From Saccostrea echinata (taxonomy: Eukaryota), in assembly GCF_033153115.1 (NCBI RefSeq), contig NW_026889774.1:23126001-23190000 (forward strand): a stretch of 64,000 nt of DNA, given 5' to 3'. Below the pieces are notes generated by a model that worked only from the letters and a program-made list of their open reading frames with translations, had not been told where the DNA came from and ran no database searches. The position numbers and the translations under genes were made by a program. Positions 10,707-23,617 of the stretch are shown one piece after another. Position 1 is the stretch's first letter. The number at the start of each line of letters is the position of its first letter.

Positions 10707-13700
10707 ATATCAAATTTGATTTTTTTTCAATGTTAAAGAAATAAAACTGCAAAATTAAATTGTAAATGGTTGGTTGCGTACTAATTATTCAAAGTAGTTT
10801 TTGTTGTATGGTTTGAAAAATTTTATTATTCATTCTCTCTATTTTCACAAAGAATTACCTTTGCATTTCTTGTATCTACAAGGGGGACAAATCTTCAAGT
10901 GGTACATGTACACTATATGTCAGCTACTATACCTTCATTTTCTGTTAAAGAAAAAAAATAGAATAAATCATACAATACCAATTACATGTATAATAACAAA
11001 GCATGGATTAAATTTTTCACTAAAATTAGAAAATGGATTGAATATCGATCACTGAAATTTCTCGATCCAGCCAAAATGACTGACGCTAAAATTTACCCCT
11101 ACTGAGGTCGAAGTATAAAAGTATAAATTATTTTTATCTATCAATATACCATAAATGAAACTTTGTGCATGTTCTGCATTCATTTACCGGTATCTGTATA
11201 TAGTAGTTTTATGCCCTTGAGAATTTTTCATGATGTCATGCCATAATATTTCCATGTCTGTTTTTTTTTTCTCTGTGGTAACTCTTTGAAAGTTAGCGGA
11301 ATTGATTTCTTGATAATTCTATCGGAATGTAAATTAGGCAGGTCGATAGGTCAGGAGCTAAGAAGGCCTAATATGCATGAAAATCTCGTGCACACCTGTC
11401 TCTGTGTCTGACGCTAAGGAGGCTAAATATGCATGTAAATCTCGTGCGACTACCTTTGTGTTTGACTTCAGTGGGTGAGGACTATTGAAATTGGCATGGG
11501 AATCCTTGTGTAATTTAAATCTATGTCTACATTAACATTGCAGGTTATCCTGCAACATGCACGAGAATGCAGTCTTTATTTCTTAAACATCCAATATCCT
11601 ATCAATTCTAATAAAAAATCATATTATTAGTAATAAAGCTAGAACTTTTTTTTATTTCATTTCCAATTAATAGAAAAAATATTTTTACAAATAAATATGT
11701 AAAATAAAAAAGTCCTAGCATTTTTGTCTTTTATAATTTACTTACACATAAGCATCTACATGATGTATATTTTTTCCCCTCAAAAGAACATGAACATAAC
11801 TTAATAATGATATTCCTAAGTATGTATTCATGGTATAAAAAATGAGCTTAGCAGTATAAAGATTGATTTTTCACTCAAAGTTTTAAGACTGTTTTTCAGA
11901 GATTAAAAAAAAAAACATTGATTATATCAATAATCATGTGGGTACATGTCCTATGTAAACTTCAGAGGATCAACCAATTTTCTAACAGAGAATTAGTAAT
12001 TTGATATTTGGATACTTCCAAACAATATAAGTAGGAGTTTTGGGGGTTATTAATTATGTCCATCATGACATGTACTATAAGCACTGACCCCCCATATCTC
12101 AAAATTTATCTTGACACCAAAAAAAAAAAAAAATAGTACTTGCAACACATGCAATGTTTGTTAATCCCTAGTACACTACAGTAGTAGGATACTTTTAACC
12201 ATGTCTGAGAGAAGATAATTAATTTTCTAATCAGTACTGCTGATGACTGTGATCAAGATACTTATAAATTGTAACTTGCAAATTACAGACAAATTTAGAC
12301 ATGACAGTATAATTTTTTAAGTACAATCATCAGCTAGTGTACACATTGAGAATATTCGAACGAACGAATACTAGCCTACAACGTTGTCATTGAGGAAATT
12401 CGAACGAAAGAATAATATTCCGATGTGTATAATTTTCTGACGATTATTTACTTTGTTAACTTGTATAATGTACTACTGAATAACCCCATCGACTGCTAGC
12501 TCTGCAAACACTTTAAAGTGACAGAAATTCATAAGATTGTTTCATCAGTTAACGAGGAATCAGGATGATCTATAGATCTTTAGACTTCAAAAAAAAAAAA
12601 AGAATCTATGAGCCATGTATTAACATGCTTTAAATGAAATAAATAACAAATTCAATAATTCTAGATCTACTTACAAAAATAGAGCAGGTCTTCGTCATAA
12701 TTTTGTTTACAAACATCATGTGGAAATTCCAATATCCTCATAATCTTGTCGCCGTTTTTTTTTCTTTGGTTGGTATTGGGTAATTCTAGGAATATAATGC
12801 ATCCGTCTGCACAGAATTTTTAAGAAGTGAATCCATAGATAGAATATTACTGCTTCTTTTTATTTATTGGTTTATCTTTTTTTAATTTAAACAATGCATA
12901 GTTCACGAGAAAACAAAGAAATGAAATAAATTATCAGGCCTATTTTTTTCAGATTTTTTTTGTTGTTGTTGTAAATACTGCCATGGGTAATAATGGTAAT
13001 TAAAATGCCCAATACCAAAAATATTAACATTTTATTTAAATGGGACATCATCATGATCATTGAGAACATGATAAGAAGGAGGAGGGGTAGTGGACGGGTG
13101 GGTAGTCTCTCTGTATCTCTAAAATAAAAATTAATGTTTCCCTTGAAAAGTCAAGAAAATTTTATTTGCATGGTCAGTGGGATATTCAGTACAAGTTTAA
13201 AAGTCCAGTCAGTACATAGCCTCAATAAAGCCCCTTCTTCTTCTTTTAATTCACGACATTTTGATATATTGTTAACTTTCTATGATGTTCAAAATTGTAT
13301 CATTCACCAACCATCCTTCATGTGATAATCAATAGTAACCTATAAATTTTTGTCACTTCAAATCCCATTTTTGTGAAACGTAGAATGAAAAATCAAAAGC
13401 TATACGAGCATTCATTTTACTTTCATAAACATGATTCAAGTTTATATTTTCGAATTTTTTGACAAACGTTTGTTTGTATCATCTGTCCTTAAGGGGGGGG
13501 GGGTGCAATTTTATATTAATTGTTTGCTATCAATTATGAACGATGTAAAATTGTTTGGATTTAATTTTTAAATTGAAAATGAAAAAAAAAATTATGACTT
13601 AATCCAAAGGTTTAGTAAAAGCATGGAGTTTGTTTTTCATGAATTTCTATTGTAGATTCATTTGTTAAATCGACTTGCTGTGTGTTAATATCCCTTGTGT

Positions 13701-16364
13701 ATGTTTTGTTAGTTCCAAGCAAATTGTGACAGTTTTGCTACCTGGGGAAAACAAAAGAGTTAGACTCTTAAATGCCTCTAGGTATATACATACATGTATC
13801 ATACCCTATGGAGATCTGGGGTGAAGATATTGGTTTCTTGGAAGTTAGCAAGGGGAGGGGGGGGGGGTAGGTTTAACAGCAGACTTAAGTTGCTTTATTA
13901 GTATTCAAACATTTACTGCAAGATTAAGAAAAACAGGTAATACAACAGAAGTTGATTATTTTTCTGTGAAATCAAACTCAGATGACAAATATCAAAAAAA
14001 AAAAAAAAAAAAAAAAAATCAGATTGAGCTTAACTTGGGATCGACACCCCCGTCCAAAAATATAGTCCCGTCCAAAGCTAAAGCGTTTAGAAGTCAGCAG
14101 AGTCAATATCTCGAAGTGGGTCTTGTGACGCATTTATGAATATGTCCTATTATTGTTTTTTATCGATAAAATAAAAATAAATCATTTATAAAATTATAGC
14201 TTTAACTCTAGCTTAAAGAATATCTATGTCCGATCTAGGACACTATAGCATAATACGATACTCTTTACAGAGTTATGTCCCTTTCTAGAATGTAAGTTAT
14301 AGATTTTAAATACTTATGGTCTTTACGTTTACGTGATTTATTTTTTTCATCTAAACAATAATAGCCAATGTAACTTTTATTTTAAGAAACTTTGGACGAA
14401 AAGGAATTTTTTTAAAAGTTTAGTAGAAAAAAATGACAATTTATAGATCCTTGATTTAAATTATAGTAAATAATCAAAGCGGTCCCCTTAGGACTGTTGG
14501 TATATAAAGAAGATAATATGTCATTCTACTATATAACTTCGATCACCTTGTTTTAATGTTATCCTGTAGATCACATTCGCATTTAAAAATATCTTTCGTG
14601 GAAAACCAAACTGATTAAATTGTAAATAGTAAAAATGAATAAAAATATATAATTTGCTATTTGAAAGTTAATGATGTACCAAATGTAAATTCCGTGTGAA
14701 AAGTATACACATATACTTAACTTTCCTATCAATAATCTTGTATTCAAAGTGTACAAACAGTACATTTCAGATACTAGATGCAGGACTTGTGAAATAAAAC
14801 AAAGGGCTAATTGCAGCCATATGTCTGCCGATAAGGCCACTGTTGTTTAATTTCAAGTCTATTTCAGGTTTTTTTTTATATACATGTATTGAAATCTTAC
14901 GAGATTGTACAAACTTAGCACTGCACATCAACACCAAATACAGAGTAAGAGTGGAAAGCTAACGATTCACACATTTTATCGTTATTCAGTAAAACAAAAA
15001 ATAAAATTAAAACAATTTTAAAAAATCAAGCAGAAGAAATGTTGCCCCCATATGCAGACGTCTCTTTTACGCTACGAATATTATGCAACAAAATTATAAA
15101 AGTTGTATGCTTCTATAAATTCTTCATCAGTTGAGCCCACCTCCTTACATGTACCCCACCCCATCTCAAAAGAGTACTGAAATTGCTTCCAAAGGCTTGA
15201 TTGTATTTCAGTATCTTTGATTTGCTGAAGAATTTTCAAGAGATCTAGAGTAATTTATTGATTCTGGAAAATCTTATAATAATGTTGTAAAAGAGTGATC
15301 AGATTGAAATCATTGAATGGATTCCAATTTCACACCTTTGAAAATATATTGTAAAATTTAGCCTGAAGGGAATATTCTCACACCTTTTCTTTCCCAGAAC
15401 TTCAATGTAAACAGTGATATACACATATATTCAACAATTCATCTCCACACCGACTGATGATGACTCGAGCCATTTCCTGTTTATTATCAATTTGTGTATA
15501 TACTTTGTTTTGGAGTACCTACTCTAAAAATTATTTTAAAACATTTTCCAAGAAAAAACAACAACATTTTAAAGTGTTGATTAATGGACATACAAAAATA
15601 TGTATAGTTATTAATAGTTTTTTTTACTGCAAAACAATGAAGATGACAATGGCTAATAATTAGTAAATATAGTTAACCTTGTTAATTAAGTTTAGGTAAC
15701 AACATGTTGGACTAATTATGTTGTTAGTGCTATTATCACATGAAAACAGTTATTGGTATCTGTTTCAAAAAAAAAAAAAAAAAAAAAAAAATTCAAAATA
15801 CATGTATTTGAATGTACACATGAGGCTTCATGGTTTGCTCATTCAAAGATCTGTTGCAACTCATTTTCATAATTAAAAACCATCATTTATTCAACATTTT
15901 ATTTTTTTCTTATTTAACAGATTAAAAATATATATTCATAAAATATACTTTTCCAACATTTCAATTTAATTTTACCAATTTATACATATGCATACATATA
16001 ATATGACCTTTCCTATTACAATGCATTCAGTACTGTCTTTTATGGTGCAGATTACAATCACTTACAGAATTTAGACTCAATTTACCAGAAATTGTATCTT
16101 TCATTTCATAACTAATTGTTTGGGAAATTTAATGATAATAATAAGTGTATAAATTAAATGAAGAATATCTAACTGTGCCATATTTCATCGTAAGTTTTTG
16201 TATGAAGAAAAACTATATAGGTATACATCTCAGCTCTTAATTTGATTCATTCCTTGAAAAAATTATCAATATAATTACAATCCTTTAAATTTAAAAATGA
16301 CCCAAAATTTAAAGTTATACTGATATAGAAAAGAGTAGAAATTCTGATATTGTAAAAATTAAGA

Positions 16365-17900
16365 CTTCAATTTTCATAGGGAACATTTGCCATGTTAATT
16401 AAACTCACCTAATCATACTGGTGTGTTCTCTTAAATGGCTATATATAACTTTTTTTATTTCTCAATGAAATTTTGCCAATTTGATATTATTTTGCTTGCA
16501 ATAGCATGTACTTTCTAAATGATAAATTGTAAAAGGACTGAAATTTTCATAGGGAGAATCCATCATCATATTATACTCTGTCAATCGTACTGGTGTGTTC
16601 TCTTGAATGGCCATAACTTTTTTATTTCTGAATGAAATTTTGCCAGTTTGATATTATTTTGCTTGCAATAGCATGTACTTTCTAAATGTCAAATGATAAA
16701 TTGTAAGAGGACTGAAATTTTCATAGGGAGAATCCATCATCATATTATACTCTGTCAATCGTACTGGTGTGTTCTCTTGAATGGCCATAACTTTTTTATT
16801 TCTCAATGAAATTTTGCCAATTTGATATTATTTTGCTTGCAATAGCATGTACTTTCTAAATGTCAAATGATAAATTGTAAAAGGACTGAAATTTTCATAG
16901 GGAGAATCCATCATCATATTATACTTTGTCAATCGTACTGGTGTGTTCTCTTGAATGGCCATAACTTTTTTATTTCTGAATGAAATTTTGCCAATTTGAT
17001 ATTATTTTGCTTGCAATAGCATGTACTTTCTAAATGTCAAATGATAAATTGTAAGAGGACTAAAATTTTCATAGGGAGAATCCATCATCATATTATACTC
17101 TGTCAATCGTACTGGTGTGTTCTCTTGAATGGCCATAACTTTTTTTATTTCTGAATGAAATTTTGCCAATTTGATATTATTTTGCTTGCAATAGCATGTA
17201 CTTTCTAAATGTCAATTGATAAATTGTAAGAGGACTGAAATTTTCATAGGGAGAATTCATCATCATGTCATATTACTCCGTTAATCGTACTAGTCTGGTG
17301 TGTTCTAATGAATGGCCATAACTTTTTTATTTCTCAATGAAATTTTGCCAATTTGGAATTATTTTGCTTTCAATAGCATGTACTTTCTACATGTAAAGTG
17401 ATAAATTATAAGAGGACTAAAATTTTCATATGGAGAATCCATCATCATGTCATATATTACTCGTTAATCATACTAGTCTGGTGTGTTCTCTTGAATGGCC
17501 ATAACTTTTTTATTTCTGAATGAAATTTTGCCAGTTTGATATTATTTTGCTTGCAATAGCATGTACTTTCTAAATGTCAAATGATAAATTGTAAAAGGAC
17601 TGAAATTTTCATAGGGAGAATCCATCATCATATTATACTCTGTCAATCGTACTGGTGTGTTCTCTTGAATGGCCATAACTTTTTTATTTCTGAATGAAAT
17701 TTTGCCAGTTTGATATTATTTTGCTTGCAATAGCATGTACTTTCTAAATGTCAATTGATAAATTGTAAAAGGACTGAAATTTTCATAGGGAGAATCCATC
17801 ATCATGGTATACTCCATCGATAGGAATTGGTGTGTTCACTTAATTAAATTACCATAACTTTTTGTACTTTTCAATGAAATTTAGCCAGTTTGGAATAGAT
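16365..17900. repeat. Satellite array, ~174-bp monomer x ~9
   Basis: AAATTTTCATAGGGAGAATCCATCATCA...GGACTG recurs at ~16541, 16715, 16889, 17064, 17239, 17420, 17603 and 17777; edge copies are more diverged. Confidence 0.95.
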
Positions 17901-20900
17901 TTTTTTGTCATAGCATTCACTTAGTAAATCAAACCTAATAAATGAATTTGTGTATATTTTTTGAAACATTAAGAAAATGACCAATGGGAGACTTTTTTTC
18001 TACTCAAGACCAGGTTTTAAAATTTAAATAAATTATTTGAAAAGGGAGAGCTTTATCTGCCTTATAAATACAGTCATAATTACTATTCAAAAATAGAAAT
18101 TAAGTTTTTAAAGTCAGATACCTGCATGCATATAACATATGAATTTATTTGACCCCTAAATTCATCTGTGAAACCTGAGTGGACTACAATTTTTTCTCCT
18201 TTTATTTCATGCAAATTCACTTGGCTGAGTACTTTTATTTGATAACGCTCTCCGAGTGAAAACGCTACCATGATTAAAAATAATTCAACATTCATTTAAA
18301 GTAGAAAAATATAGTCGTTATAGAACAATTGAATACTTTATTTAGAATGAAACGAAACGCCCGGAGTGAATCCAAATAGTCGCGACGAATCCACCCAATA
18401 CCGATCAAGATCTCCACTGCGCTTTGTATTCGTAGTAAAATTACACATTCTGTAAATGCATTGTTGCAACTGTGATGCAAGAACAGGGAAAGATGCAGTC
18501 TGCTGAAAGGATTAATTCACGTACTTTTAAATCAATTTAGTCTCATTTATATTCATTTTATTGAGCTATTGGTTTAATACGTAATGCTTGAATTAGTCCA
18601 CAATCACCTCAGCGCAATTAATAAGTCAAAAAGAAAGGTGCTTTAGTTCAGTTCAGTTATGGAATTCCCTCCTATGTATAAGGAGCACCCGAGAAGGTGG
18701 TTTCATAAAATACATTTAAAGGTCGGAAGTATTTCAGCACTTATAATTATAACCCATTACAAACCTATTTCAATGATATTTACAAAAATATTTTAGTTAC
18801 CATTCATTATGAAATCATTTCAAGATAGATCCATGCAGAAGTCTATTTAAGGTTTATGATAAACACTGATAAAAGTAAAGAATAACAATTTTATATCTAG
18901 ACCACAGCATGTATATAATATGACAGTAAAGTTTTTTTTATAGTGATATAAAGCTAGAGTAGAAATATTAAAGTAATGATTTTAAAATGTTAAGTTTGCA
19001 ATGAATTATATGGCAAAAAGCTTTCAAAAATAATTTTGACCCTTGACTGTATTAGATTAAAAGAAGATGGACTGTTTTTCCCTGTACATTAAAGAGATAA
19101 AAACAATTTCCATTCTCCTGTAGGATAAAATATTCTATAAATCATTTTGTTAGAGAACTTTTAATCCTATTAGTGACAATTATAGAACTTCTTGTCCTAT
19201 TTCACAAATTATGGGATAAAAAATCCCATGTAAGGTTAAAAATGGGAGTTTTGCTTCTATAGGAGAAAAAATCCCACAGAACTCATTTTTCTCCCACAGA
19301 ATAATGGTGGGATATTAGTTAGGAGAGAAAATCCCACCATAATCCCATGGGATTTCTTGATTGCAGGTGTAATATCTTTTAATCTAGAAGATATTCAGGT
19401 GTAAAGGTTAGTCCATGTTGTGCGATTAAAAAAATCCCACCAGATGACATAAATGGTTTCCATGTATCTTTGGAAAAGTGGTTGGCGAAAGTCCGGACAA
19501 ATGTCGTGTCCGGAGTTAAATGTCGCACTGTTGTTAAACATGCGGCATACACTGGAAACGTATTAATTAATACTGTTTCCCGATACAAATGATATGCAGC
19601 TAATAGAATGGGGGAAACAGAGAGAAAAGATAAGAAAAGAGAGGGTATATAAAATTCATAAATTCAATACTGGCCACAAACCAAATATTTGCACAATGGC
19701 TATAAATTAATTTTTTTTAACATTTATTCTTAAAACAGCTTTAGAGATGGTGACAACAAGAATACAGATTCGAAATTTACAATCTTCAAAATTTTCGGAA
19801 CAATTTCGTAACTTACATATTTCAAGAGCATTTCATACCAATATATCTATTCTTAAAACATGTTTAGAAACTTCTTTTCCCTGAAAATGATAACTACAAT
19901 TTTCTGGCGTGTTCGATTGTCATGCATTCTTACAGTTTCCTGAATAATGATTTATCCTTAAGGTAGTCCAATTCGAGGTTCTGAAAATTAGCAGTTAAGT
20001 AATTGAAAATGCTCACAAAAATGTCTCTGAATTCACAAAATAATGAGTATTTACCAATGTTATTTCTTCAAAGTTCATTATTATAGTTTTAGTTTTCAAA
20101 TTATATAGGGGAAATTATTCAATCTCAAATACATGTTCATTTTCGGGAATCACAAATGAAAGCACCAGTTTTACATTTTCTTTTTAAAAATTGATCATAA
20201 ATTTAAGTATATTTTGGGATATAAAACAAAAACTTAAGGTATCCATGCAGGCATTCGGAGAAAATGCATGTTTTTCATACATAAACTGTTTTATGACTTC
20301 TATCAACTTCAATTGTTATATATAATTTTCATAGTGTAAAAAGCTCGAGTTATCATTTCGAAACACATAGCAGATCACTTCCAATTTCATATCATGCTAA
20401 TAAGCGTTGGTATCTTCTTAAAACAAGATGACAGGAAATTTGATTCTTCTAAAATATATTTATTTTTGTACTTTTATGGGGATGCAAATATCAATTTTTT
20501 TACAAGACCGTTCTAAGACTACAAAAAAACCTTGAATCATATTGAGATACATGAAATGAAAATTGTCGCAGGAAAAGATCTCAATATCGAGCTTCGTTTT
20601 GAGACTTAATCAATTTAAACATGATTTTAAGAGTTGTTGATCCTGACTGAGCGGATATCTTTAATAAGGTAATTTGAGGTGTAATGATTAAAGATATCAA
20701 AGCAAAAATCAAATGAAGTCAAAAAAATGTGAGAAAGCAAAACCAGCACACCACTTTTGTCGGTTTGTGGTCAGTGATATGAGCAATGTCACCAAATCGA
20801 ACACACGCACCGGGTAAAACGTAAACATTATATTAATACCAGAGATCATGTCAATGTTCACAGGTTGTGAAGAATCCTGTTGTCATCGAGTATTTAAGAA

Positions 20901-20929
20901 AATGTAAGCTCGTCATTAAACTGAAACTA

Positions 20930-21315
20930 TTTAAACAATAAAATGCTTTCTTTGGTTGTTAGTACGGGAATTAATGCTGCAGCTATTGCAGAAAAAAATA
21001 CATTACCCACGTAAGTGGGTTATGTAATTTTTTTTCTGCAATAGCTGCGACGTTACTTCCCGTACTAACAACCAAAGAAAGACATTTTATTGTTTATATT
21101 CATATCTGTATAAATAATCATTTAAAGTAGGATTAAAGAGATTAAATATTGTATTATTGATATGTACGTCATAGTATGTTTCATTGATGGAACAGCCACT
21201 GATCTAGAAATCTGTACAGGTGATATGCCTACTGGGCCATAGTGTTGTTCACGAACTGATAAATGGCAATGGTTTTCTTTAGAAATAAAGGAGAAAATAT
21301 TCAATCGATGTAAAT
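20930..21315 (+). repeat. Interspersed repeat homologous to 5555-5900
   Basis: Direct sequence similarity to the RPL28 intronic copy. Confidence 0.8.
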
Positions 21316-23617
21316 ATTTTCAAATAAAAATAGAAATTCTAAATAAAACAGCAATGCAAGTGTTTTCTATGCCTCTTTAATGGTAGATCTTTCCAAATAT
21401 TTACACCTGAACATTTAGGAGATTTTTTGAATAGAATTATACGAAGTTTTGTTAATCATGGATTTTAATTTGATATTTTTTTAACTCATGGCAAAAAGAC
21501 GCCCAGTATGAACTGCAAAAGTGCATTATCAAAGGTGGCTTCCTGGACACAGCGGATTGGGCATGCAGAATAATGATGTTTTTGTACTTCCTCTTTCTAA
21601 AGGAGCATTTGACGAGATTGTTATTAATTTTTGATAGTTCGCATAACAATTTCAACCTCAGAAGTAATTCATGATATCAAGAGAAGGAAATTATTATTTA
21701 TAAACCCAATGCCGTTTTCCTCTCAGACACGGAAGAGCAAGTCTATAAGACATTGATTCGAAGAAGAAAACCCCCCCAACAAATTTATTCTTTTGCACGG
21801 CTTTACCACATTTTATAAAGAAAAGACTTCCATATCTCAAAAGTAAAATTTTATTCCTATCAAAATAGAAAAAAATGGAGCGATAATTAATAATTACAAT
21901 TTGGTATTATTGATAAATATTCACACACACACACACACAACACAAATTACAATTTTGTATTATTGATAAATATTCACACACACACACACAAAGGGAAAAA
22001 GATTTGTCATTACATCAATTATAATACCAAAGACATCCCCCCCCCCCTTTTCCGTGCTTCTGTTTGTTTGAATTTCATTTCCAATGCATCAAATTCATTT
22101 GAAATAATATATTTAGACAGAAAATGACTTAATGTTGATTTACTGGGTCGAGTGAAATGCATGAAACCTGCAGAACACCATAATCAATAGACAAAAGTAA
22201 CACTCTCTAAAATTATTTATGTACAAATTATTTAAAAATTTAGAAAAAAAAACCGCTCTTTAAAAGAGCAAATCAGGACAAGGCCAATGATCTTATACAT
22301 GTATCTACACAATTTTTCTGACCATGCCAAGAAATCCCGTCCATTTTTCCACAGCGATGGAGTCAATAAAAGTGTAATTGATGCAAATCACCCATATTCC
22401 CCTAACGCTGGCGAGACAATTAACGGCAGCAGATTTGAGGGGATGGATCCTAAGTTTTCCGTTTTCTTAGTCAAAGAAAAATAAACTTCTACCCCAGGAA
22501 GTAGCCTCCTATGCCCTGAAAAAAATAGTTCCTGTCAAAAACCTTTATTTATTTACAAAATATGTAAAATGCACTAGACACAGGTACCAAAATTGTAAAA
22601 ATAGACTGGAAGGAAATTAAAAAAAAATTCAAAAGGAAAAAATAATAATTTTATATGTATGGAACTACAATTGATAAGTTCATTTTCATTGGTCAATTAC
22701 CGCTATGATACCTTAATAAGGCGCGAGACTTCCACAACAACCAAGTTCATCGTGCCCGATGTTAATTTATACTAGGAAAAAAATATTTTGATATATAAAC
22801 ACTGAAAAATTTGAAAGGCGTCTAATTTTTACTGAACAATTAATTAGTTCACTACAATTTATTTCATTCTTTTTCATTTTTTTTTTTTTTTTTACTTTTT
22901 TAACCGCATATGATTTGCATGGAAAATCGCCCCCCCCCCCTAAAAAAACCAACAGGAAAAAAGGTGCAAAGGCTTCTAAATAGTTAGTATTCTAGCTTTA
23001 ATTTCAAACCAGTAAAACTTAAGATCCTTCCCTCAAAACTGCTGACATTAATTGCCTCGCACACATCTCCCTGGGGAAAAATCACAGATTAACGCTAATT
23101 CCGCTTTTATTGAGTTCGCTCTAAAACTAGAATGCGTACCTTTTCTTGGCATGAACAGAATTGCATTTGGAGTATATACATGTACCACTTTTACAATTCT
23201 ATAAAATATCAGACCAATATTAATCTGATGAATAGCAATCAGTTACGTGATAAAAGGTAAAATCTTCGATCGAATTTCCTGGACTTGCAGGTTGTTACTA
23301 TTTGTACGTGTTAAAATTCCTGCTTGTTTCTTTTCCCACAACCACAATCGGTTAAAAATGGTTAAAGACAACCATTAAATTTGATGAAAAGGACGACCTT
23401 TAGCACGCAGCTCCAGTAATTGGGATCTCAAAGATTTCACAAGAATTACACATATGTATTTTACATAATAATCTTGTACTTTTTTGTGCATTCAAATCAA
23501 TTTATGCAAACCATTGTCAATCTTTTAAAAAAAATCCACTCTCGATCCAATCGGTGCTTTATCCTGAAAGGAGAGGAATCATGTGTTGTTGCCAAACATC
23601 CGCATTAACCAAATCAA

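Larger units (their letters stand above)
6687..19530. mobile_element. 12.8-kb non-autonomous DNA transposon with ~300-bp TIRs (CAGTGCGACATTTAAC...), hAT/P-like ends
   Basis: 6687-~6965 is the reverse complement of ~19255-19530, with the outer ~60 bp identical. Subterminal ATCCCA/TGGGAT repeats; imperfect 8-bp TSD acGTTAAA/ttGTTAAA; no intact transposase ORF. Confidence 0.85.

Noticed and set aside
16365-17900. CRISPR-like regular array
   Set aside because: Eukaryotic context and whole-monomer repeats with no unique spacers; it is a satellite.
20860-22500. Exon-like higher-complexity stretches between the large transposon and gene A
   Set aside because: No consistent spliced frame or recognisable motif could be built; may be a decayed gene but unsupported.
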